DNA of 63,721 bases, filler included, from Octopus bimaculoides (GCF_001194135.2; 6 parts of 6 records of this genome joined end to end with filler, not necessarily neighbours in it), one strand, 5' to 3'; shown: positions 1 to 13,255, counted from the first letter of the whole stretch. Notes: generated by a model from the sequence alone, not told the origin. Numbers and translations are program-made.

Positions 1-116
1 GTGTGTGTGTGTGTGTGTGTGCACTTCTGTGCAACACTTCCAGAATATAATAAACCTGGTGTATACACACAAACAGAACTATATATGTTAACATTTAGTT
101 ATATTGAAATACGTTT

Positions 117-159
<43 letters not shown>

Positions 160-913
160 TCACATCTATATGTATGTATGTATGTATATATGTATGTATG
201 TATGTATGTATATGTATGTATATGTATGTATATGTATGTATATATATATGTATATGTATATATGTATATATAAATATATAGATATGTATGTATACATATA
301 TTTATGTGTGAGGGTGTGTGCGCGCGTTTGTATTGCTATATGTGTATATTTGCAGTTGCTTTCATATACACAGATTCATGGTGTATGATTTATGTAGGAA
401 TATATATATTCAGACAAACATGTGTGTATGTGTAAGTGTATATGTGTGAGCGTGGATATGTGAATATGTATGTGTGAATGTGTGTGTATACGTACGTGTC
501 AAGGGGCCTTCATTCTCACGTATAGGAAGCCAGTTCGGGCGCTTGCTGCATCTGGTAACTCTGAGCTACGTTTTCTTTCGCGTCGCTATGGAACATATAT
601 TTACACCTAATTTGTTTCGTATAGAAATTTGTGTGAAGATATTCCAAGAAGATGATGAAGAAGAAGAAGAAGAAGAGGAAAGAAATATAGAAAAGAAAAA
701 CAATGATTGGGTATCAAAAAAAGTTCTGTTGAATCTACGCCATTCGTAGTTTGGTAAGGAGCTATTTTGTGATGGCGTTCTCACTTGTTTAACACCATCA
801 TTTGTATTATGAAAAGGCAGGCTAGATCAGAATAAAAACGCGTCGGCAGAAAGGCGCTTTTGTATTTCACTGTATCCGCTTGGTAAGGGTATAATACAGT
901 ATGTTTTACATAC

Positions 914-958
<45 letters not shown>

Positions 959-1059
959 CATCTATACATGGAGGTACCCAAAAGAAACCGGAATTTTGCA
1001 ATGTTATTTTATTCACTTAGTTTTAGATGTTTACACTGTTATCGCCTTCTACTATTACC

Positions 1060-1108
1060 GTCTCCGATGAAGGGATACATTGGATTTTCCCTGAAACAGC
1101 TCTAAGAC
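1060..1108 (+). ncRNA. Degenerate minimal type I hammerhead-like motif (probable Penelope-like element remnant)
   Basis: GTCT / CCGATGA / AGGGA..TCCCT / GAAA / CAGCTCTA / AGAC. Stem I GTCT-AGAC, stem II AGGGA-TCCCT. Core deviates at U4 (C) and at 16.2 (C where G would make the ACAGCTGT palindrome). Confidence 0.5.
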
Positions 1109-1208
1109 TTTATCCATAAAATACATTTCTAACTTTGCCATTGTACTCTTTATCCTTTTCTCTCTTTATATATATCTATATATCTATATCTATATCTATA
1201 TATCTATA

Positions 1209-1260
<52 letters not shown>

Positions 1261-1506
1261 TATGTATATATATATGCATGTCGTTTTCAAATTGTGTCAT
1301 GGTATTGGTTTTCTCACAGATGGTGCTCAACTGACCCAACTATACTGTGTAGTCGACAAAATCAAAAGCAAACAATGCGCATGCGCAAAATGAAAAATAT
1401 AACATGGTGACAGTTTACTCTGAATATGATATGAATATGAATTGAGAAAAAGAAATGGAGAACGATGATGTTTGTATATACGTATATATACATATATATG
1501 TGTGTG

Positions 1507-1552
<46 letters not shown>

Positions 1553-1704
1553 CACGTGTATGTACATATATATATACATGTATGCACCTATATATATATA
1601 TTTATGCGCACATATATTGTGCATAAGATAGACACGTATATATGTACATTTATATATAGTTACATCTACATAAGTATGTACATATATGTATATATATATA
1701 TATG

Positions 1705-1801
<97 letters not shown>

Positions 1802-2530
1802 NNNNNNNNNNNNNNNNNNNNNNNNNNNNNNNNNNNNNNNNNNNNNNNNNNNNNNNNNNNNNNNNNNNNNNNNNNNNNNNNNNNNNNNNNNNNNNNNNNN
1901 NNNNNNNNNNNNNNNNNNNNNNNNNNNNNNNNNNNNNNNNNNNNNNNNNNNNNNNNNNNNNNNNNNNNNNNNNNNNNNNNNNNNNNNNNNNNNNNNNNNN
2001 NNNNNNNNNNNNNNNNNNNNNNNNNNNNNNNNNNNNNNNNNNNNNNNNNNNNNNNNNNNNNNNNNNNNNNNNNNNNNNNNNNNNNNNNNNNNNNNNNNNN
2101 NNNNNNNNNNNNNNNNNNNNNNNNNNNNNNNNNNNNNNNNNNNNNNNNNNNNNNNNNNNNNNNNNNNNNNNNNNNNNNNNNNNNNNNNNNNNNNNNNNNN
2201 NNNNNNNNNNNNNNNNNNNNNNNNNNNNNNNNNNNNNNNNNNNNNNNNNNNNNNNNNNNNNNNNNNNNNNNNNNNNNNNNNNNNNNNNNNNNNNNNNNNN
2301 NNNNNNNNNNNNNNNNNNNNNNNNNNNNNNNNNNNNNNNNNNNNNNNNNNNNNNNNNNNNNNNNNNNNNNNNNNNNNNNNNNNNNNNNNNNNNNNNNNNN
2401 NNNNNNNNNNNNNNNNNNNNNNNNNNNNNNNNNNNNNNNNNNNNNNNNNNNNNNNNNNNNNNNNNNNNNNNNNNNNNNNNNNNNNNNNNNNNNNNNNNNN
2501 NNNNNNNNNNNNNNNNNNNNNNNNNNNNNN

Positions 2531-2588
<58 letters not shown>

Positions 2589-2875
2589 AAAGTTATTAGA
2601 GCGACCTCTACAGTATCAGATTGCTCTGTCGTCAGATGTATGACATTTCAGAAGACCAAGTTTATATTCCTGATTACCAAATAGTAAATGTCTGTTTAAT
2701 GGAAGCAAGAAAAAGGTCGAGACCTCGATAGCCAGGTCCTCCCGGCTGCTTGATACCCTCCATGATTGCACGACGCACTTATTTGCGAGCGGCGTCTGTT
2801 TATTTTAGCTGCACAATCTACACAAATCGTTGCAGATTAAAAAGGATCAGAGCCTATCTGTCTAGCTCAATTCTG

Positions 2876-2923
2876 ATCCATCCATCCATCCATCCATCCA
2901 TCCATCCATCCATCCATCCATCC

Positions 2924-2968
<45 letters not shown>

Positions 2969-3000
2969 CCTACCTACCTACCTACCAACCTACCTACCTG
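2876..3000 (+). repeat. Compound tetranucleotide microsatellite (CATC)n-(TATC)n-(TACC)n
   Basis: Directly visible; runs into an N gap. Confidence 0.95.
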
Positions 3001-3732
3001 NNNNNNNNNNNNNNNNNNNNNNNNNNNNNNNNNNNNNNNNNNNNNNNNNNNNNNNNNNNNNNNNNNNNNNNNNNNNNNNNNNNNNNNNNNNNNNNNNNNN
3101 NNNNNNNNNNNNNNNNNNNNNNNNNNNNNNNNNNNNNNNNNNNNNNNNNNNNNNNNNNNNNNNNNNNNNNNNNNNNNNNNNNNNNNNNNNNNNNNNNNNN
3201 NNNNNNNNNNNNNNNNNNNNNNNNNNNNNNNNNNNNNNNNNNNNNNNNNNNNNNNNNNNNNNNNNNNNNNNNNNNNNNNNNNNNNNNNNNNNNNNNNNNN
3301 NNNNNNNNNNNNNNNNNNNNNNNNNNNNNNNNNNNNNNNNNNNNNNNNNNNNNNNNNNNNNNNNNNNNNNNNNNNNNNNNNNNNNNNNNNNNNNNNNNNN
3401 NNNNNNNNNNNNNNNNNNNNNNNNNNNNNNNNNNNNNNNNNNNNNNNNNNNNNNNNNNNNNNNNNNNNNNNNNNNNNNNNNNNNNNNNNNNNNNNNNNNN
3501 NNNNNNNNNNNNNNNNNNNNNNNNNNNNNNNNNNNNNNNNNNNNNNNNNNNNNNNNNNNNNNNNNNNNNNNNNNNNNNNNNNNNNNNNNNNNNNNNNNNN
3601 NNNNNNNNNNNNNNNNNNNNNNNNNNNNNNNNNNNNNNNNNNNNNNNNNNNNNNNNNNNNNNNNNNNNNNNNNNNNNNNNNNNNNNNNNNNNNNNNNNNN
3701 NNNNNNNNNNNNNNNNNNNNNNNNNNNNNNNN

Positions 3733-3777
<45 letters not shown>

Positions 3778-5381
3778 TATATATACATAATCTTTTACAT
3801 GCAAATGGGTTCAGTCCCACTGCGCGGCACACCTTGTTTTTTCCACACACTAGAAGACATTCAGACTTATACAAGTTTATCTCAGAACGCACTAGAATGA
3901 ACTGGCAGTAGCAACGCATTTTTCCAAGCTCTTTCATAATTTACTTTTTTCTATTTGAAAACGGGAATCTTTCCCGAAATATTATAGAACCAATATACAA
4001 GCTATGTAAAGAAATATAATATATTTTCTATTTGCTTTAGTTTATTAACATCACTATACATACGTTGTCTAATACCCCAGCCACATTGCTCTAACAATAA
4101 TATCATATACAATTTTATCTCTTTCTGAACGGTTCGATTTTCTCGGTGAATACGCTACATGCTACACAGCAGGTTTCTTTATTAATCTATTAAGCTTTAT
4201 TAACCTATCATTAGTTCCGAAAATTTTGATGCCTATATGCTTAGTTAGATTGGAAGAAGTACTTTGGATTTCTAATCGACATCGTTGTCACAAGATCGCC
4301 GAGTGGTTAGCCACTTCATTAGAGCCTCGTTATGCTGTACATCTCCTGTAACTTTAGTCTCGTACGCTTCCTTGCACCAACGGCTAATGATGTAGAATTT
4401 ACAGTGACCGTGTTAAGTAGCGGACGAACCACTACATCAATAATATCAAGGCATTCTAACAAATATTCGAGGACCATTTACCGACAGATGAAGGACTATT
4501 TCTCGAGCACTTTGTTTTCTTTCTGCTCTCCTCTCTCTCTTTGTAAATATAAACACACCGACACATACACACACACGCGNNNNNNNNNNNNNNNNNNNNN
4601 NNNNNNNNNNNNNNNNNNNNNNNNNNNNNNNNNNNNNNNNNNNNNNNNNNNNNNNNNNNNNNNNNNNNNNNNNNNNNNNNNNNNNNNNNNNNNNNNNNNN
4701 NNNNNNNNNNNNNNNNNNNNNNNNNNNNNNNNNNNNNNNNNNNNNNNNNNNNNNNNNNNNNNNNNNNNNNNNNNNNNNNNNNNNNNNNNNNNNNNNNNNN
4801 NNNNNNNNNNNNNNNNNNNNNNNNNNNNNNNNNNNNNNNNNNNNNNNNNNNNNNNNNNNNNNNNNNNNNNNNNNNNNNNNNNNNNNNNNNNNNNNNNNNN
4901 NNNNNNNNNNNNNNNNNNNNNNNNNNNNNNNNNNNNNNNNNNNNNNNNNNNNNNNNNNNNNNNNNNNNNNNNNNNNNNNNNNNNNNNNNNNNNNNNNNNN
5001 NNNNNNNNNNNNNNNNNNNNNNNNNNNNNNNNNNNNNNNNNNNNNNNNNNNNNNNNNNNNNNNNNNNNNNNNNNNNNNNNNNNNNNNNNNNNNNNNNNNN
5101 NNNNNNNNNNNNNNNNNNNNNNNNNNNNNNNNNNNNNNNNNNNNNNNNNNNNNNNNNNNNNNNNNNNNNNNNNNNNNNNNNNNNNNNNNNNNNNNNNNNN
5201 NNNNNNNNNNNNNNNNNNNNNNNNNNNNNNNNNNNNNNNNNNNNNNNNNNNNNNNNNNNNNNNNNNNNNNNNNNNNNNNNNNNNNNNNNNNNNNNNNNNN
5301 NNNNNNNNNNNNNNNNNNNNNNNNNNNNNNNNNNNNNNNNNNNNNNNNNNNNNNNNNNNNNNNNNNNNNNNNNNNNNNNNG

Positions 5382-5413
<32 letters not shown>

Positions 5414-5797
5414 AGGGAGAGAGAGAGAGCGAGAGAGCGAGAGAGCGGGAGAGCATGTGCGAGAGAGAAAGAATGAGAGAGAGAGAGAGGGAAGAATGGA
5501 GGAGTAGAAGCGGATGTAGACAGTCAAAGAGTGAAACAAATAAAAGACGTATGCTGCAGCGTCGTGCAATAATCTGTTGGTTCCTCGGTTTTGGCGTCTT
5601 GGTTTGGCGATGAGGCGAGGGTCGGTTTTAGTGCTGATGTGGTCACGTGGTGATGGTATGATAGTTGTGACGGTTTGGTGGTGGGACGTTGTGTTTATGT
5701 GGCGGCGTGTTGATGTGAACGTGTCTTGAGCTGGTGAATCGATGCTATGTTTGATTATGGCGTTATTAAGATGTCGTTGATATTCGGTATGAAGTTA

Positions 5798-5967
5798 GCT
5801 CCTGGGAATGGCATTAACCTGCATTCAGGGGCGAGGCTCCAGTCTGGGAGTTCTGGAGTTGCAGGGAGCGTGGAGTCACCCCTTAATTTACCGTTACTCC
5901 CAGGCCCCTTCTGATCTAGTACAGTAATACCAGTCAGGGGTCCCATTCTATCAATGGGTTAAATAAA
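5798..5967 (+). mobile_element. SINE-like dispersed repeat fragment
   Basis: GAGGCTCCAGT..GGAGTCACCCC..TTACTCCCAGG..GGGTCCCAT..ATGGGTTAAATA resembles a molluscan SINE body as I recall it; family name not asserted. Confidence 0.55.
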
Positions 5968-5970
5968 TTC

Positions 5971-6118
5971 AGATGTGGCTGTGTGGTAAGAAGCTTGCTT
6001 CCCAACCACATGGTTACAAGGTCAGTCCTATTGTGTGGCACCTTGGGAAAGTGTCTTCCACTATGGCCTCGGGCCGACCAAAGCCATGTGAGTGGATTTG
6101 GTAGACGGAAACTGAAAG
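5971..6118 (+). mobile_element. tRNA-derived SINE family B, 5' half
   Basis: TGGCTGTGTGGTAAGAAG (A-box-like) ... GGCACCTTGGGAAAGTG (CORE-like) ... GTAGACGGAAACTGAAAG; homologous to 32870-33030 and 38020-38175. Confidence 0.85.
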
Positions 6119-6423
6119 TGGTATGTCCAGTAACGTAGATTCTATTACTGAGGCAGCTATCTCATGTTAGTGAGCATTCTGCGGCAGGCGGAGTTAGCGG
6201 GAGATGAGGATGAAGCTCGCTGTAGATTTGCAGTGTTTGTGTTGTTGGCAGTTTTAGCAGTAGTGGACACAGTAATGGAGGTAATAGCGAAGTGATGTTG
6301 GCGACAGGGATGAAAATAGTAATGCTAGGTTGTAGGATGGTATAAATGCTTATTATATGGTTTCGGTCGCAGTATAGTGTAACATATTGCAGTTCAGTTG
6401 ATGCATTGTAATGTAATCGTTGT

Positions 6424-6700
6424 TTAAAGACAGGTCAACTCTGCTGCCGCAGGCCTACGAAAAAAAGACAATCCAACTGTAACCATCCCAACTTTTCTGT
6501 GTCTAGCTGCATCCATTTTTTCTAATTTAGTGAATCTAAAGCTCTGTTGTCTCTCATTCATTTCTCTGCCTTCGATTTTCTCCTGAAGCAGGACTTTGTC
6601 TAAATCATTGGATTTTCCCATTTCTCATGGCAAGTTCACTGTACTCTTTTATCGAATTTGCTAAGTAATTATCAGTCTTGCCGATGCAGACCAGCACGTG
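6424..6700 (-). pseudogene. Possible RTE-type LINE C-terminal remnant
   Basis: DLDKVLLQEKIEGR resembles the RTE C-terminal LEKxLxxGKIEGxR motif; flanks have stops. Confidence 0.3.
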
Positions 6701-6849
6701 TTTCTATGGAATCTGCTTGATCATAGGATCACTTTATCCAGTCGTCTTAAAGGAGGAAAAAAAAACCCAAGTTTATGATTTGAGGAGATTTTGCTATTAT
6801 TTCTAACACGTAGAACATCCTTCGTTGATTCATAATATTCTTTGATGGT

Positions 6850-7740
6850 CGTGCAAACAAGAATCTTCAATATGGTAAATACGATCAAAGCATGAGCAGT
6901 TGGTGCTGTGAGTTGTGTTGCAGGAATAGTGAAATGGACGGACAATAAAATAAATGCATTAAATAAGAAAACTTGAAAGGTTCTAACTCTGCGTTGAGCA
7001 TTTCATGCAAAAGCAAATGTCAGTCATTTATAAATGAATCAAAGGTAAGGTTGGGGGGGGGGAACTTATTAGCGTTTCTCATTATGTGAACGAAGGACAA
7101 AGATCAGTAAACGACTGTCTTGCAAAAAGTGTAGGAAAACTACTTAAACATGCTGCAATAGAAGTAGGACTTGAGGAAAGCGTAACACAAGCAAGATAAT
7201 TAGTGAAAGAAAGCTCTTAAGAAGAAATGTAGTTAGATGGATCGTTCTACGAAGTCACCGAGAATGTTAAAAATCCCAGCTCATCGTGGAAGTGGCTTTG
7301 GACTGGAGATTTAAAGAGAGAAACTGCAAGTTTGCTAATGGTTGTTTAAGATGAAGATCTAAACGCTAATTTAATGTGTATGGGTGTTATGTCACTGCTT
7401 CAACGAACAAGTGCCGTCTATGTAACAAGCGAATGGAAAATGTTGAGCAGATTGTAGCAGGGTGCAGAATGTTCATTGAGAAGGAGAATGATACATCATA
7501 ATAAGGTTTGTGTCAACGTACACTGGACATTTAAAAGAATATAGATATATCACTTGAGACAACTGATACAATCGTGTACAAGAGAAAGCTCTTAATGAAT
7601 CTCGTAAATCAAAAATTTCATGGGATTTTGACATTCAGGAAGACAGAACATTTCGACGCCCTAGACGAGGGGCCATTATTTGTGATAGTACAAAAAAGAG
7701 TAACGTATTTAATGGAATATTAAATGCATCCCATGTTTAG
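6850..7740 (+). mobile_element. R4/Dong-clade non-LTR retrotransposon, decayed post-RT/CCHC/RLE region
   Basis: Translates with stops/frameshifts to NTIKA*AVGAVSCVAGIVKWT..AFHAKANVSHL..WKWLWTGDLKRET..CRLC..VAGC..ISWDFDIQEDR..IICD: the post-RT, zinc knuckle and PD-(D/E)xK region typical of R4/Dong. Confidence 0.85.
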
Positions 7741-8246
7741 CGGCGCATATTCAGGAATAAAACGTTTTTATTATATAAAACATGTAATATAGGCCCAACA
7801 TCACATGTAGGACCCAGGGTGACTTTTTGAGACATTTGTTTTGAGAAAACCGTGGGTCTCATTTGCCAAAAAATACGGTAGCTCATAACAGACGTTGCAA
7901 TTTCTTTAGGCAAAAAAAAAAAAATAGCAGAAAAAATGGCAGAGAAGGATCTCGAAATGTGCAGATTTAAAAGTAGAAATACCAAGAACATAAGGATGTG
8001 TAAAAGCCAAATTGTAAGCTGTACTTCTTATTATGTTGGATTTTCATATCAACTGGAACAGTTGGGCACCAAGGCAGACGTAAGTGTTTAAGATATTTGG
8101 CTTCCTTTGAACAACTTACAGTCTTCGAAAGGAACTTTCTGTCTAACTCCTTTTGTTAAATCTTGGCAATTGACATGAAGAAGAACAAAAGCAACGCAAA
8201 AACCAGTATTTTATATTCATACTGTACAATGAAATAATAGTAATAT

Positions 8247-8257
8247 TATTATTATTA

Positions 8258-8342
<85 letters not shown>
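8247..8342 (+). repeat. (TAT)n microsatellite
   Basis: Direct; explains the poly-Leu ORF. Confidence 0.97.
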
Positions 8343-8344
<2 letters not shown>

Positions 8345-8500
8345 TATGTAGTACTTAGAAACTGTTATTGTAGTGCTGGCTTTCTTTTGTTTGATATGAG
8401 GCTAGTGTTTTTCGTTGGTCAGATAAGTGAACACACACTCATCACTCATTCATACACACACATGCATGCATATACAAATGCATAGACAAATAAATTGCCA

Positions 8501-8544
<44 letters not shown>

Positions 8545-9980
8545 CACATGCACACATAGAGAGAGAAAGAGGGAGAAAAACATAGAGATGATTAGATATA
8601 TACATACATAGACGGTTATAATTTGACAATTGACAACTTCTCATAAATATATTTTTCATAGTGAAGACACACACACACACACACACACACAAACGGAATG
8701 AAAACGTTATCACTGTTTTGACGCCCACATTTACACGAAGTTTAGAGAAAACATGAACATATATCTCAGCCAATTTAATTAACACAAAAGAAATCTGTTA
8801 GAATGTTTGCCGCCTCCATCAACATGAATAATAACTAGAATTAAAAGTATTTTGGCAATCGCCTCGTTGTGATTACAGAACACAGGGTAAAAACAGAAAT
8901 ATTGAATATATATATAAATGAAGTTGTTCAATTGGAAACAAGAAGTTAAACTGCAGGAAAAAAACTGAGAAAGTAAAACGACAAACGATGACTGATAAAA
9001 TATGCATTAGTTAGTATTATGGGTACAAACGCCTACCCATACAGATAGATAGATCTATATATGTGTGTATAAATGTGATTTCTTATGCTGTTTTTATCCT
9101 GCCGAACGTAGAAAGGGTGTATTGAGCGAGTAGAGTCACCGTGACACAGAGCGCGACACAGTGTGACACCGCTCTTCTGTTTGATTTACTTATGTATATA
9201 TTATTAATGTATATATAGAAAAATATTATATTATGTATATGTTATAGATACGTATATAGAAAATATAATTTTATGTATCTATTATAAATATGTATATAGA
9301 AAAATATTATATTATGTATATATTATAGATATGTATTATAGAAATATATAAATTCATTAATACTTTGACACAAATGTGTATGAATGTATGCGTGCGTGTG
9401 TGTGAGACCAGCTGTGATTGCATGAATCTCATTACCATTATGCCATGCAATATATTTCTTCGAATTTTCACAGAAGTTGAAAGCTTTTCATTAATTTCAG
9501 AAAATCTTCTGGAATATTCCTGCAGACACCGTAACAGAATAAATGAAAAATAACTTTAAAAAGATAATGAAAGTAAAGCAAAAATTAAGAGAAAAAAAAT
9601 AGAAAAACTAAATAAAGCAAGTAGGAAAAACAAAAATGGCGTCTTTATTTCATTTGTTTGTTTCATACAATATCTATGCAAGAAAAGTAACTAGAATTAG
9701 CTTGGGAAATATAAACTTGTGAACTTCAAACTCCTGTCTAATAATGAATGGGTTGTTGTTGTTGATTTCGCTGTCAAAATGTGAGTTATTAGAAATATTG
9801 AAAGCAGTTTGTGTGTGAGTCTTCAACAAGTTAATATACTTAATTTAGTTTACCGCAAAGAAGAATCTCATTGTTGTGTTTGATTGAGATTTTAGAAGAT
9901 GATCGTTAGAGTATGGAACAATATTACTATAGGATATTTCTTCTGGGTCTCTTGACTCTATATTCCAAGAGACTTGGAGA

Positions 9981-10115
9981 AAGAGCGTGGCTTAGAGGTT
10001 AGGGTAGTCGTCTCATGATCCTAGTTTCGTGAGATTGATTCCCAGCGACGCGCTGTACCCTTGAGCAAGGCACTTTATTTCGCACTAGTCCTCTCCACTC
10101 AGCAGACAAAAACGA
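9981..10115 (+). mobile_element. tRNA-derived SINE family C
   Basis: GCGTGGCTTAGAGGTTAG ... CCTTGAGCAAGGCACTTTATTTC ... CCACTCAGC; homologous to the minus-strand copies at 42191-42353 and 52120-52260. Confidence 0.8.
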
Positions 10116-10789
10116 AATGTGCCCTAACTCTTCGAAACGCTTAGTTTTAGAATGGTGGCAGCTGATGAAGGAAATGTTCTCTATGTGGCCTGTATGTTTT
10201 CTGTGCTCCATTTATCATTTTGTCCACGTTTTTTTGCAACGTCCTGTACCCAGATATGCATCTATATATACATGTAGATGTAGGTATGTGCATACATGTA
10301 CGTATATATGCATATACTCACATATTATTTGTATTATATATATATATATATATANNNNNNNNNNNNNNNNNNNNNNNNNNNNNNNNNNNNNNNNNNNNNN
10401 NNNNNNNNNNNNCATATATACATTTGCATACATGCACACACGCATGTATATTGGCGCGAGCATGTCTCTGTGGTTAAGAAGCTGGTAAATTGATTATTCT
10501 GAAGTAAATCCCCCACAAAACGACACAGTTTAAAAAAAACATCCATGGAACGTGTTTTATTTGTTTCTTATTTCTTTTTCTCTCTTCTGTTTTTCAATGT
10601 TTCTTTTGAAAGTTGCTATTAATTTTCTCATTTTTATAAAAAAGATTAATTATAATTGTTGCATGTGTGCCATATTTCATGACAATATCCTTAGTAGCAA
10701 GCGTATACTTCCAAGTCACCAGTAAATCTCTTGAAGAATCCGAAGTACTTTTTTGTTTTTACTCATGGGAACATCTAACATAAATTTTA

Positions 10790-11060
10790 AACTGCTTAAT
10801 TACTGTTTTGCAGTGTATTTTATAAAAAATAAAGCAAAATATAATTAGACGCAATTATCGTTTCGTAGTTCATTTTATAAATATAAAGCAATAAAATTAA
10901 TTTAAATAACTGAATCTTCGCTTTGTTGTCTATTCTATAAACATAGAGCAATGAAATTAATTAAATCGACTTAATTGCCGTTTTATAGTTTGTTATATAA
11001 GCATAAAACAAGTTACATTAAATTGATTTAATTACCGTTTTATAAGTATTTTATAAGCAT
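10790..11060 (+). repeat. Degenerate AT-rich minisatellite, ~59-60 bp period, ~4.5 units
   Basis: Recurrent AATT(A/G)(C/T)CGTTT..TTTTATAA..AAAGCAA..AAATTAA pattern. Confidence 0.6.
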
Positions 11061-11223
11061 TGTTCATGTTAGATGATTGGTTAGCTAAATTAAACGGATA
11101 ATTACTGTTAAATGAAATAGTTAATTACTATTGACGCTCAAATTTGCTTTCGCCTCGTTATTTCCGTTTTGTACCGGAAGTGAAGGTCGACACAGTAGAC
11201 TTCGCAAACGTCCATATTCGATA

Positions 11224-11388
11224 TGAGGAGATGCTGAAAAGTTCCTGATTTTAAGGGTGTCGCAAAAGGCCTGGTCGGGGCGCAAACTTTCGAGTTCTTT
11301 TACAGGGCATAGAAAACCTGAAGGACCGCTGCAATAAGTGTGTGAATCTGAGAGAGAAATATGTTGGATAAAATCATAATTAACTGAC
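11224..11388 (+). mobile_element. Mariner-derived MITE, right end truncated
   Basis: TA + TGAGGAGATGCTGAAAAGTTCC (mariner TIR-like); the internal sequence encodes QGIENLKDRCNKCVNLREKYVG*, the mariner transposase C-terminus. Confidence 0.75.
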
Positions 11389-11515
11389 TGCGACCATGTT
11401 GAGGCAACGACTTGAAGGATTTTAGTCGAACAAGAAGACCCAGGACATTTTTTAAAGCCTAATTCTTATTCTGTTGATATCTTTTACCGAAGTGCTAACT
11501 TACGCAACGTAAACA
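11389..11515 (-). mobile_element. SINE family B, 3' part
   Basis: Homologous to 13048-13255 and 63558-63721. Confidence 0.7.
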
Positions 11516-11785
11516 CGGCTGGAATACTTCTGGTCATATGTCGGTTAGGCCAGACCCGACCTGAGCCTAAAAACAATAAGGTTGCCCTTACGTGGTATTT
11601 TGACTTGCTAGACATGACAGACAAATCTTCCTCAAGGCATTCTTACAGTCGTAAAAAGAGAAGCGGAGTATAAAAACATGGATTACAAATGTCTAAAACG
11701 TAGAAGATCCTTCGTTGGTTCATAACATTATACTTCTATCTCTCGTCTTCTCCTTAACCTCTTAATCTCCAGCAATTTCGTATGA

Positions 11786-11861
11786 GAGATGAAGTCGATT
11801 ACGGTGACCCCATTACTCAACTGGTACTTATTTTATCGATCCCGAAAGGATGAAAGGCAAA
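11786..11861 (-). mobile_element. SINE family A fragment (cut by gap)
   Basis: AACTGGTACTTATTTTATCGATCCCGAAAGGATGAAAGGCAAA is the reverse complement of the central domain at 41190-41240. Confidence 0.85.
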
Positions 11862-12614
11862 NNNNNNNNNNNNNNNNNNNNNNNNNNNNNNNNNNNNNNN
11901 NNNNNNNNNNNNNNNNNNNNNNNNNNNNNNNNNNNNNNNNNNNNNNNNNNNNNNNNNNNNNNNNNNNNNNNNNNNNNNNNNNNNNNNNNNNNNNNNNNNN
12001 NNNNNNNNNNNNNNNNNNNNNNNNNNNNNNNNNNNNNNNNNNNNNNNNNNNNNNNNNNNNNNNNNNNNNNNNNNNNNNNNNNNNNNNNNNNNNNNNNNNN
12101 NNNNNNNNNNNNNNNNNNNNNNNNNNNNNNNNNNNNNNNNNNNNNNNNNNNNNNNNNNNNNNNNNNNNNNNNNNNNNNNNNNNNNNNNNNNNNNNNNNNN
12201 NNNNNNNNNNNNNNNNNNNNNNNNNNNNNNNNNNNNNNNNNNNNNNNNNNNNNNNNNNNNNNNNNNNNNNNNNNNNNNNNNNNNNNNNNNNNNNNNNNNN
12301 NNNNNNNNNNNNNNNNNNNNNNNNNNNNNNNNNNNNNNNNNNNNNNNNNNNNNNNNNNNNNNNNNNNNNNNNNNNNNNNNNNNNNNNNNNNNNNNNNNNN
12401 NNNNNNNNNNNNNNNNNNNNNNNNNNNNNNNNNNNNNNNNNNNNNNNNNNNNNNNNNNNNNNNNNNNNNNNNNNNNNNNNNNNNNNNNNNNNNNNNNNNN
12501 NNNNNNNNNNNNNNNNNNNNNNNNNNNNNNNNNNNNNNNNNNNNNNNNNNNNNNNNNNNNNNNNNNNNNNNNNNNNNNNNNNNNNNNNNNNNNNNNNNNN
12601 NNNNNNNNNNNNNN

Positions 12615-12665
<51 letters not shown>

Positions 12666-12857
12666 ATATATATATGCGTGTATATATATGTATATATATG
12701 TATGTGTATGTGTGTGCGTGTGCGTGCGTGTGTCTGTACATATGTATATATATATATATGTGTGTGTGTGTATATATATGTGTCTATGTGTGTACGCGTA
12801 TGTGTGCGTGTATATGCATACATATATTGTATATGTGCGCGAGTGCGTATGTGTGTA

Positions 12858-12930
<73 letters not shown>

Positions 12931-13047
12931 CCATCCATACACACAAACACACACACGCACGCACGCACGCATGCGTAAACATACGCACGTGCACGCATAT
13001 ACACCTATAGATGTATATTTGTATATGCATAGATATGCGTATATAAT

Positions 13048-13255
13048 CTTTTACTCTTTTGCTTGTTTCAGTCATTTGACTGCGGCCGTGCTGGAGCACC
13101 AACTTTAGTCGAATAAATCGACCTAAGGTCTTATTCTTTGTAAGCTTAGTACTTAATCTATCGGTCTCTTTTTTCCGAACCGCCAGGTGACGGGGACGTA
13201 AACACACCAGCATCAGTTGTCAAGCGATGGTGGTGGACAAACACAAACATAAACA
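13048..13255 (-). mobile_element. SINE family B, 3' half, followed by its internal (TA)n
   Basis: CTTGTTTCAGTCATTTGACTGCGGCCGTGCTGGAGCACC ... GTTGTCAAGCGATGGTGG. Confidence 0.85.

Noticed and set aside
964-992. Mariner-TIR-like TACATGGAGGTACCCAAAAGAAACCGGAAT
   Set aside because: No partner TIR or transposase sequence nearby; too short to call.
5520-5790. GT-skewed, CpG-rich stretch with an open minus-strand frame
   Set aside because: No start/splice support or homology; skewed composition explains the lack of stops.
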